The translations under genes and the position numbers were made by a program. The notes under the pieces are model-generated. The model ran no database searches, was not told where the DNA came from, and saw only the letters and a program-made list of their open reading frames with translations. A DNA stretch of 64,000 bases from Candidatus Cloacimonadales bacterium (GTDB lineage: Bacteria; Cloacimonadota; Cloacimonadia; Cloacimonadales; JAIOQZ01), in assembly GCA_963665815.1 (NCBI GenBank), contig OY762463.1, positions 3,008,001 to 3,072,000 on the forward strand, read 5' to 3'. Positions 61,218 through 64,000 of this stretch are shown here, piece after piece. The first letter of the stretch is position 1; each line of letters begins with the position of its first letter.

Positions 61218-61697
61218 ATGAAGAAACTGAAAAACAGACTGCTTGCTATTGTAATAGTGGTTGTACTTTTGTATAATCCGCTTTCAGCACGTTTGTTTAC
61301 AGTAATTACTGCCAAGTCATTTGATCTTGATAAGGAAAGATTCTACAGGTTGATTAAATCTGAGAGTTCCTTTATTCCCTGGGCAAAATCTCATCAGGGA
61401 GCAATAGGGCTGGGACAGCTTAAGCCGTCTACAGCCAGGTACATGTCAGATTATGCACATGAGTTTACACTTTGGTTTCCTCCTACAAATCTGGTAATTT
61501 CAGCAATGTACATGAGATACCTTTTAGATAAATACAATGATAACTGGTCTCTGGCACTTGCAGCTTACAATTGGGGAGAAACCAATGTTTCCCGGCTGGT
61601 AAAGAAAAAAATAGGCAGAATAGACAGTTGCAGGAACTATGCGGCAATGTTCAGAGATAACAGAGAGACATATAATTATATCAGGAAAATCATCTGA
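61218..61697 (+). CDS. Lytic transglycosylase (SLT domain)
   Basis: N-terminal TM, ESSF (catalytic Glu), GAIGLGQL, ALAAYNWG and ETYNY. GGAG precedes ATG 61218. Confidence 0.9.
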   Translation: MKKLKNRLLAIVIVVVLLYNPLSARLFTVITAKSFDLDKERFYRLIKSESSFIPWAKSHQGAIGLGQLKPSTARYMSDYAHEFTLWFPPTNLVISAMYMRYLLDKYNDNWSLALAAYNWGETNVSRLVKKKIGRIDSCRNYAAMFRDNRETYNYIRKII

Positions 61698-61775
61698 TAT
61701 ACAGATATTAAGAACTAATAACGCTTTATAACCTTGGTTGTTGTTTTATCAACAGACTGAGAAATCAGGATTTAT

Positions 61776-62843
61776 ATGGCAGATCAGGATTCAGCACAGG
61801 AGAAGACAGAAGAACCGACGTCGCGGAGGAAACGGAAGGAAAGAGAGCAGGGAAATGTCGCCCAGAGTCAGGAAGTTAACTCAGCGATTTTTCTTATCGG
61901 CATCCTTTTGTTTTTTAAGATAGGCGGAGGATTCATGATGAGCCGGATTAAGCTGGCTGTATCAGAAACAATGTCCCGTATGGGAGATCAGGTTTCTGTA
62001 TTGTACATCCAGAATTTGTTCGAGTTCTATCTTATCAGGTTCTTTGTTATTTTGGCACCATTCTTTGCCGTATTACTGGTATTAACATTTCTTTCTACCT
62101 ACATCCAGTTTGGCTGGCTATTTACTACAAAAACTCTTAAGCTCAACTGGGGAGCTCTGAATTTTGCTAAAGGTTTCTCTAAATTGCTGAATGCTGAAGC
62201 CTGGAAAAGACTGGGGAAATCTGTTATAAAGATAATTGCATTGCTACTGATTGCTTATGTGACAATCAAAAAGGAGATGCACCAGTTTATGGGGCTTGTG
62301 GACTTGAGTGTTGAACAGATATTTTCCTTCATATCAACACTGGTCCTGAAATTGCTTCTTAATATCCTGTTCGTGTTTGTTGCAATTGCTGCAGGTGATT
62401 TCATGCTGACAAAGTACATGCACAATAAAAAAATGAAAATGTCCAAATCGGATATTAAGGAAGAACACCGTCAGATGGAAGGGGATCCGCAGGTCAGAAG
62501 CAGGATCAGGTCGTTAATGATGGCTGAGTCCAGAAAAAGAATGCTTGACGAAGTTCCTGATGCAGATGTTGTAATAACCAACCCTATTCACCTGGCATGT
62601 GCTTTGAAATACGACCCTGACGGGGAGAAAGCACCAATTCTTGTTGCCAAAGGTAAAAGGATTATTGCAGAGAAAATAAAAGAAGTTGCCAGAAAACATG
62701 ATATCCCGATTATTGAGGATAAACCGTTGGCGAGATTGTTATATAAAACAACGGAAGTTGGACAGGAAATCAGTTATGAACTCTTCAGTGCAGTTGCGGA
62801 AATACTGGCTCAAGTTTATAGCTTAAAAAATAAATCACTATAG
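61776..62843 (+). CDS. flhB: Flagellar type III export protein FlhB
   Basis: EKTEEPT, GNVAQSQE, MSKSDIKEEHRQMEGDP, VITNPIH, APILVAKG and PLARLLY. Confidence 0.95.
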   Translation: MADQDSAQEKTEEPTSRRKRKEREQGNVAQSQEVNSAIFLIGILLFFKIGGGFMMSRIKLAVSETMSRMGDQVSVLYIQNLFEFYLIRFFVILAPFFAVLLVLTFLSTYIQFGWLFTTKTLKLNWGALNFAKGFSKLLNAEAWKRLGKSVIKIIALLLIAYVTIKKEMHQFMGLVDLSVEQIFSFISTLVLKLLLNILFVFVAIAAGDFMLTKYMHNKKMKMSKSDIKEEHRQMEGDPQVRSRIRSLMMAESRKRMLDEVPDADVVITNPIHLACALKYDPDGEKAPILVAKGKRIIAEKIKEVARKHDIPIIEDKPLARLLYKTTEVGQEISYELFSAVAEILAQVYSLKNKSL

Positions 62844-62855
62844 AAAAGGAAAAAA

Positions 62856-64000
62856 ATGCCTAAAGTAAAGTCTAAAATGCAGGAAAATATTGCTCGTCGA
62901 AGTGATATTTTTGTTGGTATTGGAATTGTAGCCATTCTCGTTGTGCTGTTATTCCCAATAGCACCTGTTATTGTGGATTTTCTCCTTGTTATTTCCTTCA
63001 TGATAGCATTTATAATACTTATAGCCCCGATCTATCTTCTCAGACCAAGTGATTTCTCGGTATTTCCGGGATTGCTGCTCGTTGTAACAATTTTCCGGTT
63101 AGCTCTGAACGTGGCAACGACGAGACTGATTCTCGGTGAAGCGTATGCCGGCAAGGTTGTGGAAGTTTTCGGATCGTTTATGATAAAAGGGAACTATGTT
63201 GTCGGTCTTATTATCTTTCTGATTCTGTTTATTATCAACTTCAAGGTTATTACGGCCGGTTCCGGAAGGGTTGCGGAAGTTGCTGCCAGATTTACTCTGG
63301 ATGCTATGCCCGGTAAGCAGATGGCAGTTGATGCTGACCTTAATAACGGAATTATAACTGAAGAAGAAGCCCGTGAACGGAGGGAATCTATCCGACGAGA
63401 TGGTGACTTTTACGGTTCAATGGATGGTGCTGCAAAATTCGTTAAAGGGGATGCTACGGCTGGTCTGATTATAACTGTTCTTAACATCATAGCAGGAATT
63501 ATAATCGGTGTTGTACAGCTTAAAATGCCATTCACAGAAGCACTTCAGAGATATACAGTTCTGACTATCGGTGATGGTCTTGTTTCACAAATACCCGCAA
63601 TTCTTATTTCTACAGCTACAGGTATTATTGTAACAAGAGCGGGAACAAAAGCCGACCTTGGTGAAGAACTTGTAACTCAGATTTTTAACGAACCGAAAGC
63701 ACTTATAGTTGCCGGCTCGGTTGTATTTCTGTTTGGTTTCTTCCCTGGTATGCCGTGGTATTTCTTTATACCGGTTGGAGCAGGTCTTGTTACATTTGCT
63801 TATTTCCTGAGAAAATCTACACAGAAAGCAGTGCAGGATCAGGAAGTTGAGATGGAACAAGCTGCACAAGAAGAAGAGCAACCTAAGGGACCGCCGGATA
63901 TGACTCCATATCTACAGGTTGATCCTATAGAACTGGAAATTGGCTATAGCTTGATTTCACTTGTTGATGAAAAACAAAACGGTGATATTCTTGGTCGGGT
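62856..64000 (+). CDS. flhA: Flagellar type III export protein FlhA (3' end runs off the window)
   Basis: Not in the ORF track. Manual translation from ATG 62856 gives FSVFPGLLL, RLALNVATTRLIL, RVAEVAARFTLDAMPGKQMAVDADL, FYGSMDGAAKFVKGDA, LTIGDGLVSQIPA and VDPIELEIGYSLI. Confidence 0.96.
   Translation, partial: MPKVKSKMQENIARRSDIFVGIGIVAILVVLLFPIAPVIVDFLLVISFMIAFIILIAPIYLLRPSDFSVFPGLLLVVTIFRLALNVATTRLILGEAYAGKVVEVFGSFMIKGNYVVGLIIFLILFIINFKVITAGSGRVAEVAARFTLDAMPGKQMAVDADLNNGIITEEEARERRESIRRDGDFYGSMDGAAKFVKGDATAGLIITVLNIIAGIIIGVVQLKMPFTEALQRYTVLTIGDGLVSQIPAILISTATGIIVTRAGTKADLGEELVTQIFNEPKALIVAGSVVFLFGFFPGMPWYFFIPVGAGLVTFAYFLRKSTQKAVQDQEVEMEQAAQEEEQPKGPPDMTPYLQVDPIELEIGYSLISLVDEKQNGDILGR

Noticed and set aside
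62578-62592. FlhB NPIH as a non-cleavable mutant
   Set aside because: The Asn-Pro pair needed for autocleavage is intact; the third position can vary.

Overview
AT-rich bacterial chromosomal window. The secretome style (C25 peptidase-like and GLUG proteins, PNPFN/FlgD-type C-terminal sorting domains) suggests a Cloacimonadota-like organism; this is inference, not a search result. Housekeeping blocks: pcrA to tyrS (1-8329), a MarR-RND efflux operon, lptD-gmhB, a long envelope/metabolism operon (M23, thiN, xseB, ispA, dut, nadA, ftsEX-like, pgsA and others), and malic enzyme-TPR-SLT-flhB-flhA at the right end. The accessory region at about 8.3-28 kb is the most interesting. It has (i) a Zn-ribbon/Schlafen (AlbA_2) protein translationally coupled to an intact RtcB RNA ligase, (ii) a TPR-type sigma54 activator followed by 30-bp-phased enhancer-like boxes and a clear -24/-12 promoter, (iii) two mosaic clusters of unrelated REP-like hairpins with shared direct repeats that bracket one secreted-protein gene beside tRNA-Thr(CGT), and (iv) a giant gingipain-like protein whose catalytic His appears to be replaced by Tyr. 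A three-member uncharacterised lipoprotein family lies at 51-59 kb, and two of its members have duplicated promoters. No CRISPR array, integrase or transposase was seen. All calls come from reading motifs; no searches were run.
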